Assembly: GCA_964291655.2 (NCBI GenBank)
Contig: OZ219802.1
Location: 576,001-640,000, forward strand
Source: Chloroflexota bacterium
GTDB lineage: Bacteria; Chloroflexota; UBA11872; VXOZ01
Reading direction: 5' to 3'
Length of the DNA stretch: 64,000 nt
This document shows, piece after piece, positions 11,619 to 21,685 of the stretch. A program made the position numbers and the translations under genes. The notes beneath the pieces are model-generated. The model saw only the letters and a program-made list of their open reading frames with translations. It ran no database searches and was not told where the DNA came from. Position 1 is the stretch's first letter. Each line of letters begins with the position of its first letter.

Positions 11619-14408
11619 TTGACCTACTCTATCCTGGTCCTAGTCACCAAGCGTCTGCTCAATAACATCAATATCGTCTTCTCCACCATTCTCGGCTTGG
11701 TGGTCACGGTGACGCTGGTGTCGAGCGTGCCGCTTTACTCAGAAGGCATGAGCGAAATGCTCTTGCACCGCGCGCTGCGCGATACTGAGTCGCGCCAGGC
11801 GCAACCCCGGGCCAGTCTTCTCATCCGCAAATTTGAGCAGAAGAACGAGACGAACATCTCGCTCCTGCAATACCAACAGGCCGACGAGTACATGCGGGTA
11901 ACGGCGCCTACAGAGATGGGCATCCCGCTCCTTCTCTCAACCCGCTATGGGCAGACCGAGCACATGCCCATCCTCACAAAAGGCGATGACATTGACTTGA
12001 CATCGCGCCAGTTCGCCGATTGGGGCTTTATCGCCTTTGCCACTGACTTCGATAAGCACATCCGCATTCTGGAGGGACGCTACGCAGAACCTGCTCAGTC
12101 CGGCGATCCGTATATCGAAGCAATAATCATGACGGAAAAGATGGATGCCATCGGCGCAGAAGTTGGCGACCATCTGATCACCGTCTACCGTGGCCCCGGT
12201 GGTGAACCGGAACCAATTGAAATAAAGATTGTGGGCCGGTGGTTTCCCAACGATCCTAACGAAATCTATTGGTTCTACCACCCGCAATACTTTAAGGAAG
12301 GTCTCATGGTTCCGGACGAGACCTTCGTTGGCGTGATCCTCACCGACTGGGAAGAGATCGGCTATGAGTACACCTGGTTTTCGGTCTTTGATGTCGACGC
12401 CATCAATGCGAGCAATGCCAGGTCGATTATTACCGGAATCAGCGAGATTCGTTCCAATCTGGGCACGATACTCGGCAAAGTGAAGATCGATATTTCCCCC
12501 GAAGACATCCTGTTGCGGTACTTACGCGACCTTTTCTTCCTTAAGATTCTGCTCTTCATTCTTTCCGCGCCCGTGATTGGCATTGTGCTTTACTACATAG
12601 GCATCGCCTCTTCGATGGTCGTTGACCGCCAGCGCAACGAAATTGCGGTGCTCAAGAGCCGGGGCGCGAGCACCTGGCAAATAATCGGCATTTACTTGCT
12701 CGAAGGGGGCATGATCGGAATCTTGGCGCTCGTGGTTGGACCGGTCTTGGGAGTGTATCTGGCCCAACTCATCGCGCGAACATACACGTTCCTCACGTTC
12801 ATCGGTCGCGACCCATTGCCCATCACCATCACGACCAGTACCTTCAATTACGCGCTGGCCGCTATCGCGCTCTCCATTGGCGCGGCGCTCATGCCTGCGG
12901 CTGCCACGGCAAGGCACAGCATCGTCACATTTAAGCAGGAAGCCTCGCGCAAGTTACGCAGGCCTTGGTGGCAACGCTTCTTCTTGGATATCCTTCTCTT
13001 GGGGCTATCGGTCTACGGCTATCGCTTGTTACAAGATCAGCGCCAGGTCGTCGTACTAGGTGAAGAGGGCAACGTCTTTTCAAATCCCCTTCTGCTTATC
13101 GTGCCCTCGGTCTTCATGTTCGGGATGGCGCTATTGTTCGTGCGGCTCTTCCCCTATATCGTCGAGTTGGTAACGCGACTCGGGAATCGACTGTGGGGCG
13201 TATCCATTCTCTTAGGGTTGCGCCACATCTCTCGCTCTGCGGGTCAATACAACAGCTTGCTCTTGCTGCTGGTACTGACGCTGGCTATTGGGACGTTTAG
13301 TGCTTCCGTAGCAGCGACCCTTACGCGGAATCATTCCGACTCCGTCTACTATCGCATTGGCGCCGATATGGCATTTTACGAATCCGGCGACTATGACGAG
13401 GAGCTGGAACAGTGGTATATTGCTCCCTTCTCCGATCACTTGCTGCTCGATGAAGTCAAGGCAGCCGCCCGCGTTTGGGATAGCAAGGGTAACGCCATTC
13501 TGCCGGACCGCGCCACGCCTGAAATTCAAATTGTCGCCATAGATCCATGGGATGCCGTAAACGTAATGTACTGGCGTCCTGACTTTGCCCATCGGTCGCT
13601 GGTTACATTAATGAATGAGCTTGCCGCGCAGCCGGACGCACTTCTGGCCAGCGCCAACTTCATGATCGACCATAAGCTTAAGGTCGGCGACCGGGTCCGC
13701 ATCAATTTGCGGCAGCAACAGATCGACTTTGTGATTGTTGACTGGGTAGACTATTTTCCCACCCAGTTCCCGGACACCGATTACTTCGCCGTTGCAAACC
13801 TGGACTACATATTTGACAATATCGGCCTTGGCCCATATGACGCTTGGGTGAAGACTGAGGCGGGTGCCGACATCGAGGCCATGGAAGAAAAGCTCCGCGA
13901 CCTGGAATTCATTGTCGTGCGGACGCAAGATACCCGCGAGAGAGTCATATCCCAGCGCGATGATCCCCGCCGAACCGGCGTGTTTGGTATGCTGACCGTG
14001 GGATTCTTGATCGCTATTCTGCTTACTATTCTTGGCTTTCTTACGTATTCGTTGCTTTCGTTCCAACGTCGAATGCAGGACTTTGGCATTTTACGCGCCA
14101 TGGGACTCTCCATACGGCAATTGATCAGCCTGTATATCTTTGAGCAGGGCTTCCTCATAGTCATGGGAGTTGCCATCGGCACCGTTTTCGGGGTGACAGC
14201 GGGACGCATCTTTATACCCTTCCTTCAGATCAAGACCGGCGAACATGCCAATATCCCATCATTTGTCGTGATCACTGCTTGGGCCGACATTGCGAAGATC
14301 TACCTAATTCTGGCGGTAATTCTTGCCATCGCGGTGCCTGTGATCATCTCCATGCTCTCCCGTATGCGCATTCACGAAGCAATTAAGTTTGGGGAAGAAC
14401 AGGGATGA
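11619..14408 (+). CDS. MacB/FtsX-like ABC permease with duplicated FtsX domains
   Basis: RNEIAVLKSRGAS and DFGILRAMGLS FtsX motifs; multiple TM helices and two large extracytoplasmic domains. Confidence 0.9.
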   Translation: MTYSILVLVTKRLLNNINIVFSTILGLVVTVTLVSSVPLYSEGMSEMLLHRALRDTESRQAQPRASLLIRKFEQKNETNISLLQYQQADEYMRVTAPTEMGIPLLLSTRYGQTEHMPILTKGDDIDLTSRQFADWGFIAFATDFDKHIRILEGRYAEPAQSGDPYIEAIIMTEKMDAIGAEVGDHLITVYRGPGGEPEPIEIKIVGRWFPNDPNEIYWFYHPQYFKEGLMVPDETFVGVILTDWEEIGYEYTWFSVFDVDAINASNARSIITGISEIRSNLGTILGKVKIDISPEDILLRYLRDLFFLKILLFILSAPVIGIVLYYIGIASSMVVDRQRNEIAVLKSRGASTWQIIGIYLLEGGMIGILALVVGPVLGVYLAQLIARTYTFLTFIGRDPLPITITTSTFNYALAAIALSIGAALMPAAATARHSIVTFKQEASRKLRRPWWQRFFLDILLLGLSVYGYRLLQDQRQVVVLGEEGNVFSNPLLLIVPSVFMFGMALLFVRLFPYIVELVTRLGNRLWGVSILLGLRHISRSAGQYNSLLLLLVLTLAIGTFSASVAATLTRNHSDSVYYRIGADMAFYESGDYDEELEQWYIAPFSDHLLLDEVKAAARVWDSKGNAILPDRATPEIQIVAIDPWDAVNVMYWRPDFAHRSLVTLMNELAAQPDALLASANFMIDHKLKVGDRVRINLRQQQIDFVIVDWVDYFPTQFPDTDYFAVANLDYIFDNIGLGPYDAWVKTEAGADIEAMEEKLRDLEFIVVRTQDTRERVISQRDDPRRTGVFGMLTVGFLIAILLTILGFLTYSLLSFQRRMQDFGILRAMGLSIRQLISLYIFEQGFLIVMGVAIGTVFGVTAGRIFIPFLQIKTGEHANIPSFVVITAWADIAKIYLILAVILAIAVPVIISMLSRMRIHEAIKFGEEQG

Positions 14409-15349
14409 AAAAGATACCGCCGCTACCCGAACGTGGCGAGCCATTCATCATCTGTGACAATCTGGTCAAGATCTATAAAGTCGCGGACCTGGAGGTTGTT
14501 GCCTTGCAGGGCCTTGATTTGGAAGTGGGCCGCGGCGAAATCATGGCGATCATTGGCAACTCCGGTAGCGGCAAATCAACGCTCCTCAATACACTGGGAG
14601 GACTTGACCGGCCAAGCGCCGGCAGCCTCACAATCGGTAGCCTCAACCTCATCAAGATGTCGGACAACGACCTCGTCTGGTATAAGCGGCACATGGTGGG
14701 CTTCGTGTGGCAGCAGAGCTCCCGCAACCTAATCTCATATCTAACAGCGCTAGAGAACGTCCAAATGCCTTTGATTATTTCAGGTATGCCAACCAAGAAG
14801 CGCGAAGCGAGAGCGACCGAGTTGCTCGAGGCCGTGGGCTTAGGGCACCGGTTGCGGCATCGCGTGGGACAGCTGTCCGGCGGCGAGCAGCAGCGTGTCG
14901 CCATCTCCATCTCGCTGGCGCTCTCTCCGCCGCTCTTGCTTGCAGATGAACCCACAGGTGAGGTTGATACCCAGACCGCCAGCACGATCTATGATACGTT
15001 TCGCCGTATCAACGAGGAATTCGGCACCACGATTATCATCGTTAGCCACGACCCAAACGTGGCCTATCGCGTAGACCGGGTCGTTGCCATTCGCGATGGC
15101 CGCACCAGTACCGAGACAGTGCGCCGCATTAGCCTGGAGGAAGGCCAAGAAGCCATCAGCCACGATGAGTACGTCGTGCTTGATTCCGCCGGTCGTCTTC
15201 AGATTCCGCAGGAGTACCTAGAGCAATTTGGCATTCGCGACCGCGCCATAGTAGAAATGTCAGACGATGGCATTGTCGTGAAACCGGCGTATTCTTCCTC
15301 CGATGAGGAGGAGGAGAAAAAGGGGCTACGCGGCCTACTGCGCCGGTAG
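14405..15349 (+). CDS. ABC ATPase (LolD/MacB-type) with a C-terminal AbrB/SpoVT-like extension
   Basis: [25 protein letters not shown]; tail VVLDSAGRLQIP. Confidence 0.92.
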   Translation: MKKIPPLPERGEPFIICDNLVKIYKVADLEVVALQGLDLEVGRGEIMAIIGNSGSGKSTLLNTLGGLDRPSAGSLTIGSLNLIKMSDNDLVWYKRHMVGFVWQQSSRNLISYLTALENVQMPLIISGMPTKKREARATELLEAVGLGHRLRHRVGQLSGGEQQRVAISISLALSPPLLLADEPTGEVDTQTASTIYDTFRRINEEFGTTIIIVSHDPNVAYRVDRVVAIRDGRTSTETVRRISLEEGQEAISHDEYVVLDSAGRLQIPQEYLEQFGIRDRAIVEMSDDGIVVKPAYSSSDEEEEKKGLRGLLRR

Positions 15350-15410
15350 ATCGCCGCCTTTTCGGCCCTCCTCGTGATAGTGCAAACCGTTCAGAGACCA
15401 GTAGAGGTAG

Positions 15411-16214
15411 ATGGAAGACATGGCACAACCCATTGCAATCGCCGAAGAGGTATCTCGCGTCTACCATGTCGGCCGTGAGGATGTGTACGCCGTGCGGCAG
15501 GCGAACTGGCAAATCGTTCCCGGCCGCCTTATTGCGCTGCAAGGACGCTCCGGCAGCGGCAAGACCACACTCCTCAACCTTGTCGGAGGATTGGATCGTC
15601 CTTCAGCCGGCATTATACGCATAATGGACAACGATACCCGGCAGATGAGCGACCGTGAACTCACTATGCTGCGGCGACACAAGATTGGCTTCATCTTCCA
15701 AGCCTTTGCCCTGCTGCCCGTGCTTTCTGCATACGAGAATGTTGAATTGCCGATGCGTATTGCGGGCATGGGAGCACGCAAGCGCCATCAGCGCGCGTTA
15801 GAACTCCTTGACCTGGTGGGGCTGACCAAGCGAGCTAGTCACCGTCCTTTCGAACTCTCCGGCGGCGAGCAGGGCCGTGTGGCCATTGCCCGTGCCCTCG
15901 CCAACCAACCGGCGCTGCTCCTCGCTGACGAGCCAACCGGCGACCTGGATAGCGTGACCGGACTTCAGATGATGCTCCTCTTTTCGCGTATTGTGCGCCA
16001 GGAAGGCGTTACGGTAGTCATGGCAACCCATGACCTCTCGGTACGTGACATCGCCGACGAGACATTCACGATGAGCGATGGCGTGCTCTCTCGCTGGCAC
16101 CCTTCACAAGAAGAACCCGACGAGACGATCAGCACCCTCATGCGCCAGGCCGAGTCGGGCGAGTGGCAGCAATCACAAGAGCAGCCACCCCAGCAGCCTT
16201 ATTCCGGTAGCTAG
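15411..16214 (+). CDS. ABC ATPase (LolD/MacB-type)
   Basis: [25 protein letters not shown]. Confidence 0.92.
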   Translation: MEDMAQPIAIAEEVSRVYHVGREDVYAVRQANWQIVPGRLIALQGRSGSGKTTLLNLVGGLDRPSAGIIRIMDNDTRQMSDRELTMLRRHKIGFIFQAFALLPVLSAYENVELPMRIAGMGARKRHQRALELLDLVGLTKRASHRPFELSGGEQGRVAIARALANQPALLLADEPTGDLDSVTGLQMMLLFSRIVRQEGVTVVMATHDLSVRDIADETFTMSDGVLSRWHPSQEEPDETISTLMRQAESGEWQQSQEQPPQQPYSGS

Positions 16215-16635
16215 ACCTCCCACGACATGATGACCCGCTGAAACTTGGCCTCTTGTGCCGTAGTCTCAACAACTGAGACCGCGTCGGCAGTGCCTCAACA
16301 ATTGTACGCTGCCAATCAAGCCACGACCCTATTCATCCAGCCCATAGCTGCATTCTGCTTCTGACTCAATCAGACAAGGGAAAGAGCATATCTGGACGGA
16401 GCAGCGATCGCACGCTATAGGGAAAGCTGAAACTTAGAATTCAAGGCACTTCACGGCCTGATTCTAGAACATTCAGTCTTTCGCACCAGCGCCGTTGCCC
16501 ACCTTCCTCCAACAGAGCCCAGCACAATTCCGGCCAAGATGCCCTCCCGCGCCAGCATCGAACAATCGCATCAGAAACTCCACGGCTAGTTGTACGGTGG
16601 GCTTGGTTTCGCTATCGTATAAATTATCCACCCTT

Positions 16636-16726
16636 GGAGAGGTGTCCGAGTGGTCGAAGGAGATCGTCTCGAAAACGATTACGCCCCAAAAGGGCGTCGT
16701 GGGTTCGAATCCCACCCTCTCCGCCA
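16636..16726 (+). tRNA. tRNA-Ser(CGA)
   Basis: GGAGAGG/CCTCTCC acceptor stem, anticodon arm ATCGT-CTCGAAA-ACGAT, long variable arm, GGTTCGAATCC T-loop, encoded CCA. Confidence 0.97.
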
Positions 16727-16799
16727 CGTTCTCTAAAGCAAGAAATACGGCCGGCCAGCCTGGGTGTATCAGGATTGTACGGCAGGCATGCGAGAAAAC

Positions 16800-17186
16800 A
16801 TGGAAAACTCTAAGCCTGAGTTCGTTCGTCTGATTCCAATTCTCTTCGTGAAAAACATTGAGTCAGAGACAGAATTCTATATGAGCTTGGGCTTTGAGAT
16901 TTCATATCAAGGCGACGAATTTCCAGGGTTTGTAGCTCTAAGAAACGGTGGTATTGAATTCGGTTTGGAAGAGCGAGCTAACGTCGATGCATCGAAAGTC
17001 AACGATAGCTTTTCCTGGCAAATGGAAGCCGACAACCTCAACAAAATCATAGCCATATGTCAGGCACGAAACATCAAGCACTCCAAGCCTCGCCAGTATT
17101 GGGAAGAGAGAGACGCCTGGGAAATGCAAGTACACACGCCAAATGGATACACCTTGAACATTGAGACACTTGGACATGAGCAGTAG
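16800..17186 (+). CDS. VOC (glyoxalase/bleomycin resistance) family protein
   Basis: LIPILFV..FY..LGF and WEMQVHTPNGY pattern; visibly more AT-rich than flanks. Confidence 0.8.
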   Translation: MENSKPEFVRLIPILFVKNIESETEFYMSLGFEISYQGDEFPGFVALRNGGIEFGLEERANVDASKVNDSFSWQMEADNLNKIIAICQARNIKHSKPRQYWEERDAWEMQVHTPNGYTLNIETLGHEQ

Positions 17187-17433
17187 ATGTTTCCAGTTTG
17201 GCGCCCAGCGCTCGAGCAGTTCTTCTCGGCCCGCCAAAGCGGGATTTGAGCTCAGTTTGATCCACTAATCTGCAATTAGCCCTGCCAACGCTTGCGTATC
17301 TAGCAGGAACGCACTTGTGGTCTGCTCCTGCTCATGTTGTGTCATCTGCATGCCCCCTGATTGCCCGCTTGACCTCTCCGGCTCACAGATTCCCTCTCCC
17401 AGGCATCCATCCAACATTTAGGAGCCTGAAATC

Positions 17434-17847
17434 ATGGATCGGGAGTCCAACGAATCACTGCCAACGCTCTTCCCGTATCTGAGCTACCGCGACGCGGCAG
17501 CAGCCCTCAAATGGCTAAGCGATGCCTTTGGTTTCACCACGATCATCGACTTCCGCGACCCGGATGGCAACGTTGTGCATGCGGAAATGAGTCTCGGCAA
17601 CGGCGCGATCATGCTCGGGACCTCAATCCCCGCACAACCCGGGGGGAGCAACCGACTTGCAGCGTTGGAACAAGGCATTTATGTGTTCGTCACCGATGTG
17701 GATGCCCACTATCGATGCGCCGCGTCTGCCGGAGCAAACATTGTCTTCCCTCCTGAAGACTCGGAATGGGGGTCCCGCAGATACCGCGCGCTTGATCCGG
17801 AAGGACACGAGTGGAGCTTTGGCAACTACCGGCCCTCGCCGACCTAA
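17434..17847 (+). CDS. VOC family protein (PhnB-like)
   Basis: PYLSYRDAAAA..WL..AFGF, HAEM, WGSRRYRALDPEGHEWSF. Confidence 0.9.
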   Translation: MDRESNESLPTLFPYLSYRDAAAALKWLSDAFGFTTIIDFRDPDGNVVHAEMSLGNGAIMLGTSIPAQPGGSNRLAALEQGIYVFVTDVDAHYRCAASAGANIVFPPEDSEWGSRRYRALDPEGHEWSFGNYRPSPT

Positions 17848-18312
17848 AGCAGATTAGCCTGATCACCGTCTCAGATCCTGCCGACGCCGCAGTTTCTGCA
17901 TCTCCCCCAAACTCTAAGTTGAGTAGCAGTCGTGATTGGCTCGGCATGCAGCGCATGGAGTTGGTCGACCAAAGACTTGCAGTGCAAACTGCTTGACGCG
18001 TCTGAATCAAAGTGGACGGGATGGGGCATGAATGCTGTCTATGAGGACTCATCTGCGCATAGCTGTGCATGTAGGCTCAAGCGAGCTGTTTCAGGCACGC
18101 AAGCCAATTTAACTCAAAGGGAGCCGGCTAAGGAAACCAGACTAAGACGACCAAGACCAGGATGTCCACAAAGTGGATCATCCTCGCTCCGTGGGCCCGC
18201 CCCCATTGACCGGCCGGATTTTGAAATCAACCCATCCAACGACTAGCGTGCACAGTTTTATGTAATGTAGAGATTCCCAAAATCTGCCGGATAAACTTGG
18301 AGGCGCAATGCA

Positions 18313-18879
18313 ATGGCAAACGACCAAGACCCTGACAAGCAGCCACTTTCCTACGCGGCATTCCTCCGGGGCATCAACGTGGGAGGGCGCCGGAAAATCA
18401 AAATGGCCGATTTGAGAGCGTCGTTCACCGAGTTGGGCTTTGAAAACGTCAAAACGGTGCTTGCGAGCGGCAACGTCCGCTTCGACGCGCCGGGAGCCGA
18501 TGAAGCTGAAGCCCGCACGGCAATCAAACAACGCCTATTGCAGGACTTCGGGCACAGTATCGGCGTGATCATCCGGCCACTTACGGAATTGCAGGCGCTG
18601 CTCGACACTAACCCCTTCAAAGCAGTGGCGACCACTGCACAAACAAAACTTTATGTCACTTTTCTCCCCGAGAGAGGTAACGGCGGCAGGGGCGCCTCAA
18701 CCCCTCTTCCTGACGGTTACACTATCGTGGGCGCTACCGTAAGGGAAGTCTGCAGCGTTCTCACGCTGGCCCAAGGGCGCAGCACAATTGATCTCATGGC
18801 TCACCTTGAGAAACAGTTCGGCAAAGATATTACAACGCGCACGTGGAACACGGTGACGCGGCTATTGAACGCATCCTAG
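18313..18879 (+). CDS. DUF1697 family protein
   Basis: AFLRGINVGG..IKMADL, SGNV and TTRTWNTV motifs. Confidence 0.9.
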   Translation: MANDQDPDKQPLSYAAFLRGINVGGRRKIKMADLRASFTELGFENVKTVLASGNVRFDAPGADEAEARTAIKQRLLQDFGHSIGVIIRPLTELQALLDTNPFKAVATTAQTKLYVTFLPERGNGGRGASTPLPDGYTIVGATVREVCSVLTLAQGRSTIDLMAHLEKQFGKDITTRTWNTVTRLLNAS

Positions 18880-19155
18880 CGGCAATCATGCTTCGCGGGC
18901 TGCAGGCATCGCCGCGCAGTTGCTGCCAGAGAAGTGGCAACTAAAGCATTTGCAAGCGCATAGGTGGTCCGATTTCGCTGAGCTGTCGTCCCTCCAACCT
19001 TGCCTCAGAAGCGGCTGCGGCCAGGCTCATCTTGCGATTAGGCTAATCACCAGAATAAGCTAGTTCTGGGACTCTCCTGATCGCTGAACTAGGCTACACT
19101 AATGTGCATGCACACACTTCTTTGGCAACCGCTAGGTGAATGAAGGGAAGTTCCT

Positions 19156-19548
19156 ATGTCACGAATCGTACACTTCGAGATACACGCCTCTGACCCGCAG
19201 CGCGCCATAGGCTTCTATGCCGGCGTCTTTGGGTGGCAGTTCCATCAATGGGAAGGCGGAGACGCGGACTATTGGCTCATCGTTACCGGGTCTGATGACG
19301 AGCCCGGCATCAATGGCGGCCTGGCCAGGCGGAGAGGCGACTCGCCGGAGGAATCCGCTGCCCTCAATAGTTACGCCTGTGTCGTCCAAGTCGAAGACCT
19401 CGACGCGACCCTAGAAAAGATCACGGCGGAGGGGGGCCTTATTGCCCTGCCGAAGTCCCCAGTGCCCGGGGTTGGCTGGGTTGGATACGCCAAAGACACG
19501 GAGGGCAACATCTTTGGGATGATGCAGCCGGATCCCGCCGCAGGTTAG
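19156..19548 (+). CDS. VOC family protein
   Basis: IVHFEI..FY..VFGW, GINGGL, KDTEGNIFGMMQ. Confidence 0.92.
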   Translation: MSRIVHFEIHASDPQRAIGFYAGVFGWQFHQWEGGDADYWLIVTGSDDEPGINGGLARRRGDSPEESAALNSYACVVQVEDLDATLEKITAEGGLIALPKSPVPGVGWVGYAKDTEGNIFGMMQPDPAAG

Positions 19549-19585
19549 TTCTCTTGCGGTTATAGAGTAATCAACCCGCAAGAGT

Positions 19586-19916
19586 GGCACAGTCTCTCCG
19601 GAACACTTCCTGATCAGGCACAGCCCCCCTCGTGCAAGAGTTGGCCGCTCGTTTACGCAGTCTGGCGCGTGAAACTGTACCGGACGCCCCAGAGATTGCC
19701 TATCCCGGCTGGCACGGCCTTGGGTTCCGGCATCCAAAGTGGGGCTGCTTTTGTGGGATGTTCCCACGGGAAGTCAGCGTTCGACTGCTCTTCAAGAATG
19801 GCGCAATCATCCTCGACCCTGACGGCACTGTGGAAGGGTGTGGGAAGCAGACTCGCGACGTGCAATTTCGGCGGCGGGAAGATGCTCGGGTGCGGCCGTT
19901 CAAGCGACTGGCATGA
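19586..19916 (+). pseudogene. frameshifted DUF1801-like gene
   Basis: YPGWHGLGFRHP..LLFKNG..DPDG..EG.GKQTR pattern; the plausible N-terminus (TVSPEHFL) is in another frame across a C6 run at 19624-19629. Confidence 0.6.
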
Positions 19917-20012
19917 ACAGCCTTGGACTCTAGGCAACACTGCGAATCATCCGACCGGCTCTATGCACCGGCAGCAACCGAAACAGCATGCTGCGTGACC
20001 GGAGATTCGTGC

Positions 20013-20462
20013 CTACGTGGCAGCGACGGGTACCTTCTCGCCTTGCACCCTGGTGTAAACGCGCTCAGTCAGGCTGCCCTCAATCGGCGCCGGCTCTCCG
20101 AGGCGGATGCTCTCCTCAACGTAGCTGAAGAGCGCATCAATGTCTGACCTGGAGTTCATCCGCTGGAACCACAGCCCGCTGCCATAGAGGTACATGAAGA
20201 CATTGTTACCCAGACTGCATGGACCCAGGCAGCCACCGCCGTCATCAGCCGTGAACACGATGTTCACGTGCTCTGAGATCCCCCGGCGACGTGCCTCGCG
20301 CAAGTAGTGGGCCTTTTCGAGTCGGGGGTGAGTATATCCATTACCGCAGCAGCAGGCTTCGCACACAAAGAGCACGCCGGCCATCATTTGCAGAAGTTCC
20401 TGACCGCCTTCCAACGTGGGCACCATCTTTAGATCGGGACGACTGCGAAAATCCCTCATCAC
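20013..20462 (-). CDS. thioredoxin-like [2Fe-2S] ferredoxin domain protein
   Basis: FVCEACCCG and GCLGPC motifs. Confidence 0.75.
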   Translation of the reverse strand: MMRDFRSRPDLKMVPTLEGGQELLQMMAGVLFVCEACCCGNGYTHPRLEKAHYLREARRRGISEHVNIVFTADDGGGCLGPCSLGNNVFMYLYGSGLWFQRMNSRSDIDALFSYVEESIRLGEPAPIEGSLTERVYTRVQGEKVPVAAT

Positions 20463-20648
20463 CTAGTCCTCTGTTAAAGCTTCGGACTCTCGTTATGTAG
20501 CTTACATTCACAAACTATTCGCCAACGACTGCGCGACCACCCACAAATGCCAGTTAAGGACATGCGTCAGCCGCAACCAAAGCGCAGTAATCTACATTCA
20601 AGCTATCAGAAACTGCGAATAGTTGTCAACTAACTCTAACGGACCCTC

Positions 20649-20678
20649 TTGACGACGCCGCGGAATTCGTGATATAAG
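20649..20678 (+). promoter_or_regulatory. sigma70-like promoter of the ilv leader
   Basis: TTGACG-N18-TATAAG with extended -10 TG. Confidence 0.6.
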
Positions 20679-20729
20679 ATACAAGCAGAGCGCTGACTCG
20701 TACCGAATTAAGAGACGATTTGAGCATCC

Positions 20730-20825
20730 ATGAGCGACGCTGCGAACCCCAATAGCCTTGCGCTTCGCGGCGGTCACACGAATGTGTTGTGGCCGCCAGT
20801 GTTAGTATTCCTTGTAGCCGCTTAG
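20730..20825 (+). CDS. candidate ilv leader peptide (31 aa)
   Basis: MSDAANPNSLALRGGHTNVLWPPVLVFLVAA; Val/Leu cluster using GTG TTG..GTG TTA GTA..CTT GTA; upstream of a terminator and ilvB. Confidence 0.5.
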   Translation: MSDAANPNSLALRGGHTNVLWPPVLVFLVAA

Positions 20826-21016
20826 GCGGCGCAAGATTGAACACACATATACCATTACCAGTGGGACGGCAGCATTCCCCAGTACCGAACAAAGAGATGT
20901 GATGCACGAGCGAGAACGCGGTCGCCGGAATAGTGATCCAGAAATCTTGGCGCCGACCGCGCTCCCGGAGCGACAAAGCGAGACTTATTGTTCGAGTTGA
21001 AGTGCGAAGTTAGGAT

Positions 21017-21046
21017 GCCCGTCCCCAACCAAGGGACGGGTTTTTT
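21017..21046 (+). terminator. intrinsic terminator (attenuator) in the ilv leader
   Basis: GCCCGTCCC-loop-GGGACGGG followed by T6. Confidence 0.85.
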
Positions 21047-21084
21047 GTTAGCACAGAGTCGAAGACAATTGGATACGCACAATA

Positions 21085-21429
21085 ATGCTAGGTGAGTTTC
21101 AAGAGACTTCCGCAGACATGCAATTTGAGCCGGACCGGCTCTATATAGGGTATCGCTGGGGTAGGCGGGCCGTGATCACGGGATTTCTTGCCTTTTCCGC
21201 TGCGATTCTTATCTTTGGAGTTTTCGCGCTATTGCTCTTAGGAATTCCAATTGCGCTGATCACTGGGTTGATGGAAGGCAGCTGGCAAGCAACCGAACGG
21301 GCGCTCACGCAACTACGGCGCATCAGTCCAATCTTGCTTGCCGCAGAACTTGCGATAGCTTGGGTGCTCGTGGCGCTGTTTCTCATCTTGCGCCGTGTGT
21401 TAGCAAAATTTGGCGCAGCCGCAGTGTAA
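21085..21429 (+). CDS. hypothetical two-TM membrane protein
   Basis: 114-aa ORF with two hydrophobic segments between the terminator and ilvB. Confidence 0.6.
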   Translation: MLGEFQETSADMQFEPDRLYIGYRWGRRAVITGFLAFSAAILIFGVFALLLLGIPIALITGLMEGSWQATERALTQLRRISPILLAAELAIAWVLVALFLILRRVLAKFGAAAV

Positions 21430-21685
21430 GTAAATACTAAAGAGCAAAAGCAATTGCTTGACAATAGGTGGCTTGGCTAGAATCATGAAGTGGATCGGTA
21501 TGCTATCAGCAATGGAGGCATTCTACTGCAGGACATCGTGCTCCAGGCCTATGGGGCGGACGACGTCGTGCGGGGCAGTATCTCACCTTTCGGCGCCAGA
21601 GCGGCACGAAAAACGTTGATACGGCCAGTAGGTCAACCGTAAAACCAAGACGAGTAAAAAGATTGAAGAAAGAGGTCGGGAGCAA

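Noticed and set aside
16636-20000. Integrated prophage or ICE at tRNA-Ser
   Set aside because: No integrase, no phage genes and no duplicated tRNA 3' end found
20837-21013. TTG-start frame with in-frame TGA-TGC as a possible selenoprotein
   Set aside because: No redox-fold context; the downstream hairpin does not fit bacterial SECIS geometry and is better explained by the attenuator
20680-21046. T-box riboswitch upstream of ilvB
   Set aside because: No GGTGGNACC T-box sequence before the terminator
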